From Lingula anatina (taxonomy: Eukaryota > Animalia > Brachiopoda), in the NCBI GenBank assembly GCA_051362555.1, contig CM120647.1, forward strand, positions 9,548,001-9,612,000: a stretch of DNA of 64,000 nt, given 5' to 3'. A program made the translations under genes and the position numbers. Each line of letters begins with the position of its first letter. Position 1 is the stretch's first letter. The notes under the pieces were generated by a model, which was not told the DNA's origin, ran no database searches, and saw only the letters and a program-made list of their open reading frames with translations. Positions 14,203-29,400 of this stretch are shown here, one piece after another.

Positions 14203-17200
14203 TGACCAGTGTAAACTTTCCACAAGTCATTCCGTATTGACTTTGAAGGGGAGGGGGGTAGAGTAGACACGACTATTCGCGTGTTGATTGAGTGACGCGA
14301 AGTACCAACTTGTAGGGAGATTATTTTCCACATTTGACAGATTTTTGATGAATAATTCAAAAGCACGCCTAATATCTTTGATGTTCAGTGCAGTACTCTA
14401 CAAATCACTCACGGAATTGAAGGCTGTCAGCTACCTGATGACGGATATCTAAACAAAACTTTAATTAACTGAATCTACTGCCAGTACGGTTTTTATTTAG
14501 CATAATCATATTCAGTATAACGATATTTAATCTCAACTATAAACGGTTGGAAAAACCAGGGTCCAAAATTTTCAACTACCTGACGATTATCAGCGTAGAA
14601 ACGCGGAGGATATACATACTTGGATTTTAGATTAACATTCCTGAGAGTCTGTTTAACACTTAACAGCCATGTGTTTTTTTCTTTTTTTCTTTTTTTTTTT
14701 TTTTTTGGTTATTTTAATTTGTTAGTCCATTTTATGAAAGGAATAATTTATCAATTCATGGAATTTCTATCTAAAATGTTCTTTTCTTACCAGTCTGTAT
14801 ATACCATGCATCTGCACAGATACATGTAAAAGAGATCTATACAACCGTTAATCTTATTTCAGTCGGTTTTGGAAAATTGACCGTAGGAAATATTCTTATA
14901 TGGAATTTAAAGTGTGAAGGCTAATTTGCTGTTTTGTGGCAATTACTGGAAACAGTTGAAATTCATCTTTAAAAAAACATGTAAGGGACTTCTCCGTTTG
15001 AAAATAATATTCCCTGTCTCCATAATTATTCATACACTTGAAGTCTAAGTGTAGAAACGGTGAAAATGTTTGTCTATGGCATCTTTCAAAGTACACTTAA
15101 TCAATTTTTCATGTCAAAAGCATACTCATCACAAACGAATGCTAATGCATATCATCAAATACCAGAGTGCTCAGTTACGCTTTAATCCAAAAACAAAACA
15201 CACACCATGAAAAAAGATTATGTAGATTGAGCGAAACAATATTTGCTCGTGGCTTTAATCATGCAGAAAAAAAGTTATTTTTTAAACATACCCAGAGCCC
15301 ACGTTATGCTTCTTGGTAATTAAATCGGTATGTGGAAAATTGCCACCTTCTCATGTAACAATCAACTGAGCTCTTTCATCTTCCAAATTTCTCATTAAAG
15401 ATCGTAAAGGTACAGTAAAGTACGTAAAGTATAAGTAAAGGTAAGTATAAAAGTGCGAAGGATAAAGGTTAACAAGTCAGTCAGCAACTCGTTAATTCAT
15501 TGCACGCGCTGGCTACCACCTTGAGATGAGAAATAAGATAACAGCAAAAAAATCAAAGTATTCTAAATGTACTCGGAGTGGAATACAATGGAACTGCTTC
15601 GGGGGGGGGGGGGGGTGGAGGTGCTTCGCGCCGTTTTACACTCTGATAGCAAACTTTAGAATAAAATCAAGCTAGTAGGTGCAAAGCATGTGGTCTGCAT
15701 ATTACATATCACGCTACTGAGGAAGGCCAGCTTAATTGCAATCAAAACTACTCAGTTTGTTACTACGTCATCTACATCAGTCAAGCACGCACGCTTTCTA
15801 AATTACTTTTGCCGATGCTGTCTTGGTCAATATTCTATCTCGTACGTTTTGTGCGACAATGTTTGTATAAAAACTTAGTTAACACAACATGTAAAGTGAC
15901 AATAATTAGATTCTGTGAATAATTTCCGTGATTAAAAGGCGAATTCATCGAACAGTAGAGGGAAAAATCTATGATTGCGTAGAGAAGTAAAGACCGAGCT
16001 AAGGCAAACACAGGCGCGTATTTGTATGCAAACACGAACAAAAGTGCTATGTCTCGCACAGTCATCACGCCCTTTTCTATTTGAACAACAGATTAGCTAT
16101 TACATTTAAGGAATTCCGATTGACATTTATAGCTAATAAAACTATATTCAATGAATTCGTAGCAATCTGCCGTTTCATTGTAAGAAGGCATCACCCCAAC
16201 ACTTAAATACATGGACATACTAATACATGCATTTTATGTTGTTTCCATTAGACAAAAGTGTGGATTTTACAACAAAAATACAAGATGCCACATTGGTCAT
16301 TTTCAGATTCTAACAAGATACATTAATGGATAATATAAATGGAATACCATATTGGTTGATACTGTAGCCACCTGCTTATGCACGATATAATGCAATCAAC
16401 GCCCTCTAAAAATGTACAGACAAATCCTGGAGCCAGACAGAAACGGACACCGTAGGGAATGGTTCTTCAAAGCCCTGCAATAAATAACCTCCACTTAGTT
16501 GCCTTTAGAAAAAAAGAAAGAAAGAATGATGTACTTTAGGCAAATAAAGATGCCAATACCGGGTATTAGACCGTACTTTAGGGAGTCTGTCGGTGTTCTT
16601 TCCAATCCCCCTCTGAATTCCAAACCTAGAAGTATTGACGCGCTTGCCCCGGGGTGTGTGAACATAGACTCCTCATAGATCTTAACGCTTCTAAAAGGCA
16701 TTGATAAATGGCGGTTTTCAAGTTGTCGATATCTTATTAGTTTTCATTACTGTGAATTTGTCCGGTACGATTAGGGCACTAAGAAACCTCTTGAAAAGGA
16801 GACAAAAGAAGGCTTATTGTTACGCCTGATGGGCATATAGCCTCCTGTTCAAAATAGGCTCTCAGTTAGCTGCGATGATTTTAAAAAGCGACGGAATTGT
16901 AGAGATTATATCTGCCCTATCAACACGTACGGTACCTTCAATGAAATGATTATATTACAATATAGAAGTCTTATAGTCATAAAATATAAAACGGTGTGCT
17001 GAGAGGCTTGGATGATTCAAACTGTCCCATACTGGAACTGCATTTCAAAAACTTTTTTACCATGTCAAAGCAATTATTATAACTTGAATTTAAGACAACA
17101 CCACATCTTTTTTCACTTGATTTAGGAAAGCAAATGAACTTGCAAAATGATTCTCAGTGCAAACAGACATTACGATATTTGCAGAAGGTAATATATAAAT

Positions 17201-17448
17201 ATTTTGACACTAGCTTTAAACATTTATAAGCAAACGAAAATGGTCCACATTCTGCGTTTTGAAATGTGCCCTTATCACCATCAGACAAATGGACAACGAC
17301 CAGTCCGTTTTTAGATATATCTCAAGGCGATAAGATAAAAGCCTTGTTCCTTTGAGTTGATTAAAATGGCCATACAAAGCACTTACAGGACTTGATCAAG
17401 TCTCGCTACACTAATAAAATTTACCATCGCAAACTAACCAATATCATA

Positions 17449-17705
17449 GGCCCCATTCCCATAGAAAACATCGGTCTACGTGGATCGATCCAGCTCTGCG
17501 TAGATTCTCGCTGACTGCAATCAGCTTAACTGAATGGCCCGCCACCTCCTGGTGTTAAGTAGAAAACAAAATAGCTGGCGATTATACGAATCGGTTAGAA
17601 ACAAGAGGAGAACTGTCATTCAGCTAAGCTAATTGCACTTAGCGTGAGTCCCCACAGAGTTGGATCGACCCAGTATAGACCGATGGTGTCCATGGGAATG
17701 GGACC
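17449..17705. mobile_element. Palindromic MITE, family A
   Basis: GGCCCCATTCCCAT...ATGGGAATGGGACC termini, with ~85-bp inverted arms. Confidence 0.85.
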
Positions 17706-18194
17706 TTAAGTATCCAACTGCATTGTTCACTCTAAGAAACCCACTGTGATTGTCTAGCACTATGAAAAATTACAGTTCTCAACAGGAGATCTTCTGTCCA
17801 ATTTGCAATTTGCTAATATAATTTGCCATCGAGATCACGGGCCGAGATAAGGGGGTCAGAAAAATGCCACGGCGTCCCCGGTCCCTCATTAACGACAAAA
17901 TCCGTCCGGTCTAAAATCGTATCCTAATCAACAGCGTGATTCTATTTCCAAGAATTCTTTTTTTTTCCTCCGGCTGCACAAAGGGGAAATCAACACCGAG
18001 TAAGTGCCGGGAAAAAATTATTAACCGGGTTTAGATTTCTCGCTGTTGAGAATTTGATTATAGCCTTCATTGGCTGGTTGGATACAGCTTATGATACGTT
18101 TAAGATAGCGAAAGAAATAACTTACATACCTCCATGTAACTTCATCCGTGAATATTCACAAATAAAATGGTGTTGTGAATGCGATTGTGAATGT

Positions 18195-18405
18195 GTTCCC
18201 ATAAACCTATCGTACTAGCAATCTAACTCCAAGGGGTTTCTCTCTAAATTACATTCAGTTTAAGCTGTTTAAATGTCTGTCATGCCCACTAAAGCTGCTG
18301 GGGGTTAATTAACGTTCATGCATGCTTAAACTAAATGCAATTTAGCAAGAAAGCCATCGGAGATAGATCGATCCTGCTAGTACGAAAGAATATGGGAATG
18401 GTCCC
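18195..18405. mobile_element. Palindromic MITE, family A (short subfamily, decayed)
   Basis: TTCCCATA..TCGTACTAGCA / TGCTAGTACGA..TATGGGAA inverted arms. Confidence 0.65.
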
Positions 18406-19887
18406 TTAATGTTGGTTCCTAATTTGATGATTTGTTCCATTCCCTAGTTAATTTACGGTATAATCTGTTGGGAATATATTTGTCTTATGTACAGGCAAAA
18501 TGATGAATGCCATAACAACATAAGACCAGTGTATCTGAATAGAAATGAACATTCCTGGAAACCGGTATGGTTCTCATTACTTTTATAGAACTATCAAAAC
18601 TCTTCACTAAATAGCCTATTATAGTCCGTATCAGCCAAATCTACATTTTCTTTATCAAACCGACAAGACTTTAAGATCTCAAGATCCTAAGTCTAATTCA
18701 TTTTCGAGGAGATATTATGACTGTAATTTACTTGGGAATGAGAGCTTACAGAAAGGCAGCTCCTTGTATTTCTGTAATTGGCAGGAATGCAATTACATAA
18801 TTTTGATTCTGACAACAACGATTAAGAATATATAAGTATACATCTCCACTGCCGCTATTACTATAACTGTTGAATAACAAGCAGTTGAACTATAGGAAAG
18901 TGAATAGAAGGAATGAAATTATACGAAAAGTAGGCTTATAAAGATTGCCAATAACTAAAAACATGCATCTTGGAATAAAATACAGATCTCTTTTTCTACA
19001 TTGTGTAACTGGTGAACAGCAATGCAAGAACCATTTATAAACCATGGGAATAAAGTATAAGGCAAAAAAAAAAAAACGTTATAAAAGAAGTAAGCTTATG
19101 AAGAGAACCAGCGTTAAGAATACGTAAAATATACAGACCCTATCCCTTTCTGTAACCTTCAGCAAAATATCCAAAATATCCGATGTTTAGCTTCCTCGAT
19201 AAGGTCCAATTAGAAGGTGTTTCTAGATAACCCACGCTCCAGGTGAGAAGAGACATAATGCATAAATTTTCGAATCCATCATCCTCATCATCGTCATCAC
19301 CGTTTCTCTCTTTCTTTAAACAGTTTTTTTGTAACTTTGCCTCGATGCTATTCAAGTATTATCAACCGGAATGCATAATTACCAATAAAAAATCTCGTTT
19401 AACCTTCAGCGTGACGGTGTAGCATACTTCAGTAATCACTATCTATACCAAGAATGGCGACCCCGCCGTCATCATTGGAGTTAAAATGAAGTAATTATAT
19501 CGTGTGCATATCCACCGATAGTATGATCCGCGCATTAAATAAGCCAACGGAATAAAAGGCCACCGAATATTGATTATGGCAACCGGTCTTCTGTCTTTTT
19601 TTATAATGAATCGTTTCTGGAATCTGTTCTTTTTAGAAATGGACGCTGTCAGGTAGTGGGACGAACGCTATCCGGCAATTCTTAACGACCTGTTACTTTT
19701 TTTGTTCTTCGGCAGGGGTGCATGCTGCGAAGGTGGTTTTTATTGAACGGAATAATTCATCTCTGTTACGATTAGCATATCTTCCAGTTCATTATTTGCC
19801 CCGTGTCTCCGATTTTTACATAACGCAATAACACAAAGGTAACTTAGAAGGTAACTTATAGTTTAGTTATTTTGATATTTTTATTTG

Positions 19888-19889
<2 letters not shown>

Positions 19890-19935
<46 letters not shown>

Positions 19936-19951
19936 GTTGTTGTTGGTGGTG
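19890..19951 (+). repeat. (TAT)n grading into (TGT)n/(TGG)n
   Basis: Direct reading. Confidence 0.9.
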
Positions 19952-21532
19952 TTTTATGCTGGTTTTGAGAGACAGGCATTGTCGAACACATTCCCGTTAC
20001 ATCGCTGTTGTTTCATCAGTCGACATGCCGTTATCACTGTAACAAAATACTCGGGTTCGGAAATACCGCTGACATTGTGTTTTTCGGTTAGGTGAAGGTA
20101 CCGTACATCCTTAAAAGGTATACTAACTACAATAACACGCAAGCGCAACAAATACAAGATGCTTGAATATTAGAACGCTTAATACATGTAGTTGTAGAAG
20201 TCTACGAGAGTCCAGATGTTAACTGTATCACATTATAATATCCGCTTAATGACTTTCATTATTTGAGGCACGGTACCATCACAAGAATCTGCAGCACTTT
20301 CCAAAGAAATGTGGTATTATAATGGCAACTGTCAGATTGTTAATTTTTTTTAGTACTTAATGCCTTATTTTATCTTACTTATGGCGCCATCTCAATCAGA
20401 ACGATTACTTCAAACTGGAAGGAAGTGGGCCTCGTGCCACAAACGAATCATATCCCGAAAACTAGTCTTCAAGTTTAGATTAAAATCGATATAATTCAGT
20501 ACAAAATTAATTCATAATGATCTATTAAATAAAACAGGCGTTAGTCTGTAACGTTAGTCATGTCCCTCTTGTTTTAAGTCAGGTGTGCTTTTTCATTCCC
20601 TTGGACATCTGGTACCTCTGATTTACTTCGAGTCAAAGTTGGTTAAAATTATGGTCTTTAAGTTGAGGTCAATTTTCGAACGGGCTAGAGTAATTTTGTG
20701 TCGAAATAAGGCTTAGAACTATGATGCCTTTTCATCCAGAACTCTCTCTTCCATCTGTATTCTCCTGATATGTGTAAGAAACCGGAAATCAACAGCACGG
20801 CAGCAGCTTATAACCTAATTAAAGAAAACACCAAATAACGCGCATCGGGCCGAAGTGTCAAAACCAACCCACGCATTTTATCGATGTTCGTTCCAGCAAC
20901 TCATATTAACTGGACTATTCCCGTATTGACAGATTAAAAACCGGACATTTTAATTGACCTATAGGGATGAACATTTGCGCTGAACTTTAACTTGTTTCGA
21001 TGACCTCAGTGTGCACGAGGTAACGCAGGAATAGTTCAGCAAATCCCCAACTGCGACTCGACACAAAATTCAGACGCGAAGTTCAGATAAGGTCATCAGG
21101 TTTACCATAATATCAATATCTCTAATTAAGCGTACAGTGTATACCAAATTCATTCCCAGCAGTGGGGCAAAAACATTAACCAAATAGGTGTATATTAAAA
21201 GACAGGCAAAGCGGTTTCATAGGTTATATGTCGTGATCTTCGTTTGTACTCGTGCCCCAATCGGGTGGGAAACTTCCCCAGAGACAAGGTACCAAAGCCC
21301 CCATATTCACAAAAGGGAGTGCATGACGTCCGACACAAGGCGCATCAATTAAACTTTTGCGTTATACACATAAAAAACCGATACGAGGTCTGCCGGGGGC
21401 AGGTGTGACCCCACGCACGTCGAAACCGGTTCCGAACACAGGTAGTGTGTGGAAATCAGCCATGATGCCAGTTGGGCCGCTTTTCGGTCGAAAATGCTTC
21501 CAGTCTGAACAGGTTTTGCGCGTGTACCGTAC

Positions 21533-22288
21533 ACAGGTAGATAAATGTGAATATCAGGTTAACGAAAAAATGATATCAGTATCACGTTATTGTCATTAGA
21601 CTAAGGCACTTCCCCAAGAAAAAGGTTAATTGTTCCATTATCCCAAATGGCAAGCATATCACATTTCACATATACTGAAATAGCGATCTGTTTGATGCTA
21701 TCATTTCGTATCTTGTAAAAGTATCTTTTTCTCATAGCGTTGTGACGCCATAATCACATCCCATTGAGGTCATTAACATTGCTAAGTTAATTAACTACTT
21801 AAATTGATTCCCTTTGTTCTGAAACTACAAGGCACAATGATTAAAACTATTTTTCACGCCAAGACGATCCTAGTTGCGCATGGGACATCTTGCCTCTTTG
21901 AATATGTACAGGTAGGTAAATGTGAATATCAGAATCACGAAAAAATAATATCACTTTCTTGTTATTGTCATTAGACTAAGACAATTGCCAAAGAAAAGGT
22001 TATTTGTTCCATTATCCCAAATTGAGAGCATATCACATTTAACATATACTGAAATAGCGATCATTTTGATTCTATCATGTCGTATCTTGTAAAAGTATCT
22101 TTTTCTCATATCGTCGTGACGCCATAATTACGTCCCATTGAGGTCATTAACAATCCTAAGTTAATTAACTACTTAAGCTGATTTCCTTTGATCTGTAAAA
22201 CTACAAGGCACAATGATTAAAACTTTCTTTTTCACGCCAAGACGATCCTAGTTGCGCATGGGACATCTTGCCTCTTTGAATATGTACA
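21533..22288 (+). repeat. Head-to-tail tandem duplication, 2 x ~378 bp
   Basis: ACAGGTAG.TAAATGTGAATATCAG...CTTTGAATATGTACA occurs twice consecutively. Confidence 0.92.
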
Positions 22289-25200
22289 AATTGCAAAATG
22301 TGCAGGTCTGTAACAGCGGCTTTAAGATCAAATGTGACACCAAGACAAAAAACTTGAGAGATGGTAGTAATACATACACCAACGCACACGTATGAGATAA
22401 TCAATACCTAATAATTCTTTAGCGCAAGTGATTGATTAAAAAAATAATCAATTGGTATATAAGAATGGCTTTTTAATGGAAGTACTGGAGACCTTTGAGC
22501 CTGTACTGGTTTACAAAAGTAAATTAAGTCCGAAATTTGGCCTTGACTTTGAAACCAAAATGTTTGCCCAATTCAGTACAAGATTAATTTTTCTAAGCCA
22601 ACTTCAATAAGTTAGGTATCGATCGGAAACGATGACAACGTCTTTCTTGTACATAATACAACAACTGCAACGTACTTTTCAATCAATGCGAGCATTCTTT
22701 TATCTTGGGTCGAAAATCATTAAATTTTGGATAATTTTTTGCACGAAAGTTTTTTTTTCTTGTGAAAGAGGCCACTTGATGACCATTGTCCACCATGGGT
22801 GACCATCTGCCCTGACCAATATTCACTAAGTCTACATGTCAAGATTACCCGTCTTATAAACGCAAATGACTTCGGACAGGCAACTTCACGAGGGATTTGC
22901 CAAGCGCTAATCTAATTTCACGCAATGTTTTCACAAAGTGTTTTATCATCCTCAACGCAGTAGTCTCCGATGCATCTTTGCCATTTCTTGTTTGTCAGTA
23001 TAGGCTGTGAGAGATACAGGATTATAAGAAAAAATCATCTTGTGTCTCCATGTAAAGGACGTCTGGTTTTTATACTGGGTAATTTAACAAGCTATATTTT
23101 ATAAACGTTAGTGGTATTCCTCAAGATGCTGCCTCTACCATGTAAAAATGCCATGCTAAACAGTTCATGATCAATGCGTCTTTCTATCTGCCTGATATTG
23201 TTATGGCATGGTGCATGTTATGACTAATTGTTATGGTATATTATTGGAGAGCCTGTAATTTTATGATGTGGACGTAAAATGACTAGCGCGGGACATACCG
23301 ATGAAGGCTTCAATGAAGTGCGTCTTTAAAAAACAGTCTCAATGAAATGTGTCTTAAAAAAAGTACCTCAGCTTTGATTCAGAGCGTGTAACTGCATGCA
23401 GATTGAAAAGTTGCTCTGACGTAAATCTAACCAGAGGTTAAAAAAACGATCAAATGTAAGAATGAAATTACGTCAATCCAAAGTAATAAAGTAGTTGGGC
23501 AATGAACCTGAAATTCTGATGTACGGTATTAATAAAGCATAAGCTAAGACCTATTGAGAAGAGGTGACTTCCATATGCTTTGACATCGGTGTTGGTTTCT
23601 CAGAAGGAAGAAAAATTGGGTCATCAGAGAAACTCTTTTTGGGGTGTGAATGCTGCTTGACAATGGTTGTGATGCCATTTGCAAAAAGAAGAAGAAGAAA
23701 AAAAGAAGCTTTATTGCTACCACTGTAATGGTGCATGGTCAAGAACATTTATAAATAAACTTACATTATAAACAATCTACTATCTCAAACCATAATCATT
23801 TACGTAGACGCATATTCACTTTAAATTTCAAAACACGTTACGTTGATTAGAATGAAGAATGATTTTTTAATTGAATGTTCACACTTTCTTTATCTTGATG
23901 CCATCAAAACGCAGCCATTTATTAAGCACAAGTCAAGCACGAACTAGAAGGTCAATGCGCACTGTTAATTATAGACACTTAATCCTGATGATTAACAATC
24001 GTATTAATACAAACAAATGTCATTATCATCACTAGCTGTAATTACTTAGGATCTCGACATTATTGGTCATTATTCTATTATTCATGTGTCAACGTAGCAA
24101 AGGTCATCTGCGTCCCGTCACGCTAAACCCGTGTATTTATGTCATTACCAATTACTAATAGTGCAATTCACAGTAATATGCTGCAATTTCAAGAAAATCA
24201 ATCAAATCGGTGTTTCCAAGAAATAATTTCCGTGTAACGCTAACGGTCTTGTGTTTTTTTCTTGGTGTTAATTTCGCGTAGTTTCTTGTACATATGTTGG
24301 CTTACAACTATGACGATGGCTACAATGCCCACTTGGGACTATGATTTCTAAGAAAATTAATTAAATTGGCATGTTCTCGATTTGGTATCTCAGAAACATT
24401 TACGGTCTTATGATGACTTAAATTTCCTAAATACAGTAGTTAAGGCTTAAGCGCTTGCAGTCGTTAAGATAATGACCGAAATCGGAACCGTCACGCCATC
24501 AAATGACGTCATCACACGACACGGCGGGCGAGTTCAGAGTAAGGGGGTCGGTTTTTGAAACGCCACCAGCACTGATATTGATCAAAATGATCGTCTGCAT
24601 CTGATAAAACCTTATGAAGTCATTAAATATCACAAAGAAGAGGGTTTCACGTTTCATGTTAACATCTTTGTATATATTATTTTATATTTAAGTGCTATGT
24701 TCTTGAGTGTTCGACCAAACTCTGCGTCCTTTCTTAGACAAACATGCCTAGAAATATCTCCATATTTCTGTAGTAAAAAATGTGAAATTTATGCCTTAAA
24801 TGTTTAAGGCGCCTTGTATATTAAACATATATTGAAGTAAATGAATTAAACATTACAAATACAAATATAAACACAGATACTTCCGTCTCTGTGTCGGTAT
24901 ATAAAACACATACCCATAGATCATGTAACTCATTCATTATTCAATCATCCTGATTATTGATCGTTTTTGCGACTTAAAAGCTCCAAGTAATTATAGAAGG
25001 AGCAACACATCAGATCTTATGTCATAAAAAGTGTGACAATTGTACTGATCTTTAGCCGTGAAATCAATAGATGATTATGACGCAACACAAATTAGTTATG
25101 TAATAACGCTAAGACTGGACCCTCTATTTTTTCAATTTATACGTGGGTATATTCGATGACTTTTTAGATGTCTGTCGCTAATTTGATTTTGCAGCAGTGG

Positions 25201-25850
25201 GTAGATTATGTAAAATGAAGCAGGCCCCACAGAGAAACTGCTGTCAAAAATCGGTCTTAGTTGTCAGATGAAAAACGTTTGTCTATACTTTGGAGTACCT
25301 GATTGTATTATAATATAGTAGTAACCTATTAAAATGAGGCGATGTGGTCAGTTACACAAAATCGGTTTCTGCCGTCAAAGAAAAATGGACAAAAACTGAT
25401 TTGAAACTTCACTAAAAGGGGGGAAAGGATTTTTCCGGGCGTGCGGAAGCACTGCAAAAAACGCCCCTATTTACTGCACTGGTTTTAAAATTTATTTTAC
25501 AACGTTGAATGCTCAAAGCCTTGGATGCGGATGTACGCGACAGGCAACGTCAACTCATAGCCAGACGCTCAAATTTTTGTAAAATGCCTCAACTTCCGCC
25601 TGCGTCGCAAGGCGGCTAGACAACCCACGAGATAGAAATATGAGACTCTTCATCTTCAAACACTAGAGCTGCCACCGGAGATTTTCTCCTGGGCATTACG
25701 CTTGGGTCGCAAGGGCCGTAGTTTTCATTATTACAACACTGATTGGTTGTTCTGCTTAATTACATGAAGCAAATGAAGGTCGCCGTTTCCATTTGTTTCC
25801 ACTATAGGGAGAAAATTGGTCTGAAGTATTCTCTTGGTAATGGTGATGAA

Positions 25851-26075
25851 GACAGATGAGGACCGGTTCCGACGACTGATGGAATTCCAATGGAGAAAAA
25901 ACAGCAGTTTTATAATGCTAGCGGATTCTGAGCATCAAAAAGAAAAAAGGTCCTACGTCATAGGCAGACGATCTCCTTGGACAGACAGATGGGGGATGGT
26001 TCCGACGACTGATGGCACTCCAATGAAAAAAAAGTTATATAACGCTTGCGGATAGTGAGCATCAAAAAGAGAAGA
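25851..26075 (+). repeat. Imperfect direct repeat, 2 x ~95 bp
   Basis: GACAGATG..GGTTCCGACGACTGATGG..TCCAATG...GCGGAT..TGAGCATCAAAAAGA occurs twice. Confidence 0.8.
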
Positions 26076-26104
26076 GGGGGCTTTTCTCACCATCTCCCTA
26101 GCTG

Positions 26105-26140
<36 letters not shown>

Positions 26141-26335
26141 CATAGGGCGATCTTGGGAATTTTGCATGTTACCTTTTCATCTGACTGTGAGTATTAGTGT
26201 GTCACCTTTCTCTGCTTGCTGTGGGACAATTGCTAAATCTGCAGAGCGGGAAAGGCCCCTCACCCTCACCCGCCCCTGTTACCCACCCTTTATGTCATTT
26301 GCTGTCTGATTAAATTAAATCATTTTTATGCCACC

Positions 26336-26422
26336 GCAACTGGAAACACGCGTTGCCACAAAGACAGATTAAAATTGCGCAACTGGAAACACACGCGTTG
26401 CCACGAAGACAGATTAAAAATG
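26336..26422 (+). repeat. ~43-bp tandem repeat x2
   Basis: GCAACTGGAAACACGCGTTGCCAC.AAGACAGATTAAAA occurs twice. Confidence 0.8.
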
Positions 26423-29400
26423 GCACGGGAGGTGTAAAAGTACTCTCCGTGATGCTCTCTCAACATTATACCACCCCTTACCAGGCTAGGGACATAAACA
26501 TAAAACTCTCTCTAGATATTTTAACATAAAACTGATGTTATCTATTCAGTAGCTGTAGACACATCTATACCATGACCAGCGAGACCCCATGCACAATATT
26601 GACGCCATGCCTTGGTTTAGCTCTTGTAGAAAGTAATGTTACACCAAGCGATAACGTATTGAAATTCTGTCTGCATGAAAGAGAAGAAAAATGTGTACAG
26701 AAACAGAAGAGTAGAGTGTCAACCGCAGTGCTCTTACCTCCAGTTACTCTGTTTCCCGATTTCCAGTCAAGAGCGTCCTTAAGTTCGTCTGCCAGCAGCG
26801 TCTAATTGGGTATGACGACGTATAACCAAGTTCTCTTACCTGAAATGCATATTCATATATCCCTCTATTAGATTGGGAATAGTATACTGTATAAGCTATA
26901 AAAGTCGGATTTCAACAGCATCTTTGTTTTTCGTAAAACTTTTTCAACTTTGAGAGTATTTAGAAAAAGTCCTTTAACATTAATCCCTCTTACGTGTAAC
27001 GAGAACAATACAATGTAGCTATGACTGTCTCTGTTATGCAACTGGCGTGTTTAGGAATATCAGACAAAATAATTTACGGCTTGGGTTATGAAAAAAAATC
27101 AAACGTGATTACTGCATTGGTTTTAATAAAACGTGATTTATTGGTGAGAAGATAGCGTAAGAATGGTCTCTTTTGATAGAAGAAGTTCTATTGCTTCATT
27201 TTCGTTTTTAATCTCGTACAGCCTAACCTATCAAATATACGATCGCCTGGTATAGAAAATTAAAAAAAGAGAGAAAAAAATGAAATTACCACGTTGTTAT
27301 TTATCTGTGTAATTTAATTTGACTTTATGCCAAAGTAAAACATGACGCCCAACTTTTCGTGCGGCAACTGTAGGTAGCAGCGTATTGCTGTAGATGTGTC
27401 CTCATAGAACAACTGGCTTTTTTCCATACTAATTTCTGCTCAATTTTGTTATAATTTTCATCGTTAGTGTGAATTGGCAGGTGATAACGTACTCGTCTTT
27501 CAATATAAAACTTTTTCATTTCGAAAACTAAAAATTAAACTGTCGTAAAACTACCACATTGTTTAAACAGAGACACGCCTACCTTAAAGCAGTAAACCGC
27601 ATCAACGGAACAAACAACTCGCAGCACAATAACAGACAGTAATTGGAAGAACCCTTTAAAGTTCTCAGTCCACAGTGTTTCCTCTGATGAGTTCAGATTC
27701 AAGCAGCGATGTCGTCAGTGGCTTTTAAATAGAGGCTTTAATTTACGGCAGTCTTTTTATACTTCTTCATTGATACCATTTTTGAACTGTGATGCCATCT
27801 GGCGGTGGAAATATTTCGAATCATTTCTTGTTAAAATGCATGATCAAACAGCCGCCATCTAAAAAGGTTTGATGTGATAATATTTACCGAAATGAATTAC
27901 TATAATTTAAGTCGTCTCATATAACCGAACTGTTTGACCAGAGCATTAATAAATGCATTTTGATACCATTATCGACGCTTTCATTTATATCGCAATTATT
28001 ATGAAAGAAGCCGTCGTGAAATGATTAATGCCCTCAAATCGCAAATCCTTCCAAAAAGTCGAATAAGTTTGTGTGAATCATTTCGCGACACCTGTCTGAG
28101 CAAATATAATAATTGCGTGGCATTGTAGTCCCTATCAATATTAAAGTCGATTTCAGAAATGGCGCAAAAGTCTGCGAGCGACTTCGGGTTAATTGCGTGA
28201 TGTTCTCAATAGTTTTGATACAATTAACATAAGATTTTTTTGTCTGGATTATGAAACATCCCCTTCGTTTACTAATTGCATCTGTGGGAAGCTGACAGGT
28301 TTTATTCGATGTCATTTCTTTTTTTCAAACTCAATACTCGACGGCGTGTGAAGGACAGGTTACTTTGAATAAAAAACGTAACTGCGCAATTCTTTCGATG
28401 TTTGTTCTCATTTCAAAGACTTGGAGGAATTGGCATGTTTTTCGGCGGTTGTTTTGTTTTGTGTCAATACCTGAAGAGGGTAGATAATAAACACCAATAA
28501 CTAATCACAACGATTCTCATCTCCAGTATTTTACCTACAACGCACATTCTTTTTTTTAATTGATTGAAATTCTGGATATCGTGTCTTCACTACACTAGCT
28601 TGTAACTACGGTTATCTGAATGTAATGATAGGAATCTATCTGCATTACTTCAGTAATTTATGTTTTTTCGAAGAACTATTCGTATGTAAATATAGATAAA
28701 ACGAAGCGCTCACGCAAACTTCTAATTCATCTTTCTTGTGCCCATTATTTTGATGCTGCGATGTTCTTTACATCCGATGGAAAAACTTGCAGCTGACTTC
28801 AAGAAAAAGAGACGTGCTTCAATAAACACTTTTTCTACAGTCGTGTTCAAAACAAAACCTTAACAGTTTAGTTAAAAAAGGACGTCAGTTGTATTCTAAC
28901 AATAGAGAACGCACAGATGTCGAAAAAGCAACAGACACTCCCTCGCGTATTTTAATTAGATAATTGTCTGTCGCATGAGTAACTTGCAAAAAAGGTCTGA
29001 ATTTGACATTGAAATGCTGACGTAGAAATCATTTGAAACTGGTGGGGGCTTGGCAGCTGGTTTAAAAGAACAATTCCTAGCTCCATATAGCAGAAATGCT
29101 GCCGTGCGTGACAAATAACAAACTAAATTCCCTCATTAAATCCAGATTACGCGCTTGATGATACATCAACAAAAACAGACAGTAGCGTTTTTTGTTTTTT
29201 TCATAAAAAGGTATGATTTGGAATGTACAATGGGTTGCGATCGGTTTGACTTTTAGGCAAGTTCACAGTGGATCTAAGATGGAACAATACAGACCTAGTG
29301 ATGTCATCAGTTTACAGATGATGTTTAAACTATAAAGTGTGACGTAAGCAATAAATCGTGACCCAAAAGGTGTGACGTCAAAATATAAAGCGTGATGGAG

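Noticed and set aside
27684-27715. CTGATGAG, a possible hammerhead ribozyme core (also at 57678)
   Set aside because: No correctly placed GAAA or helices. The 57678 hairpin is better explained as the LINE 3' stem-loop.
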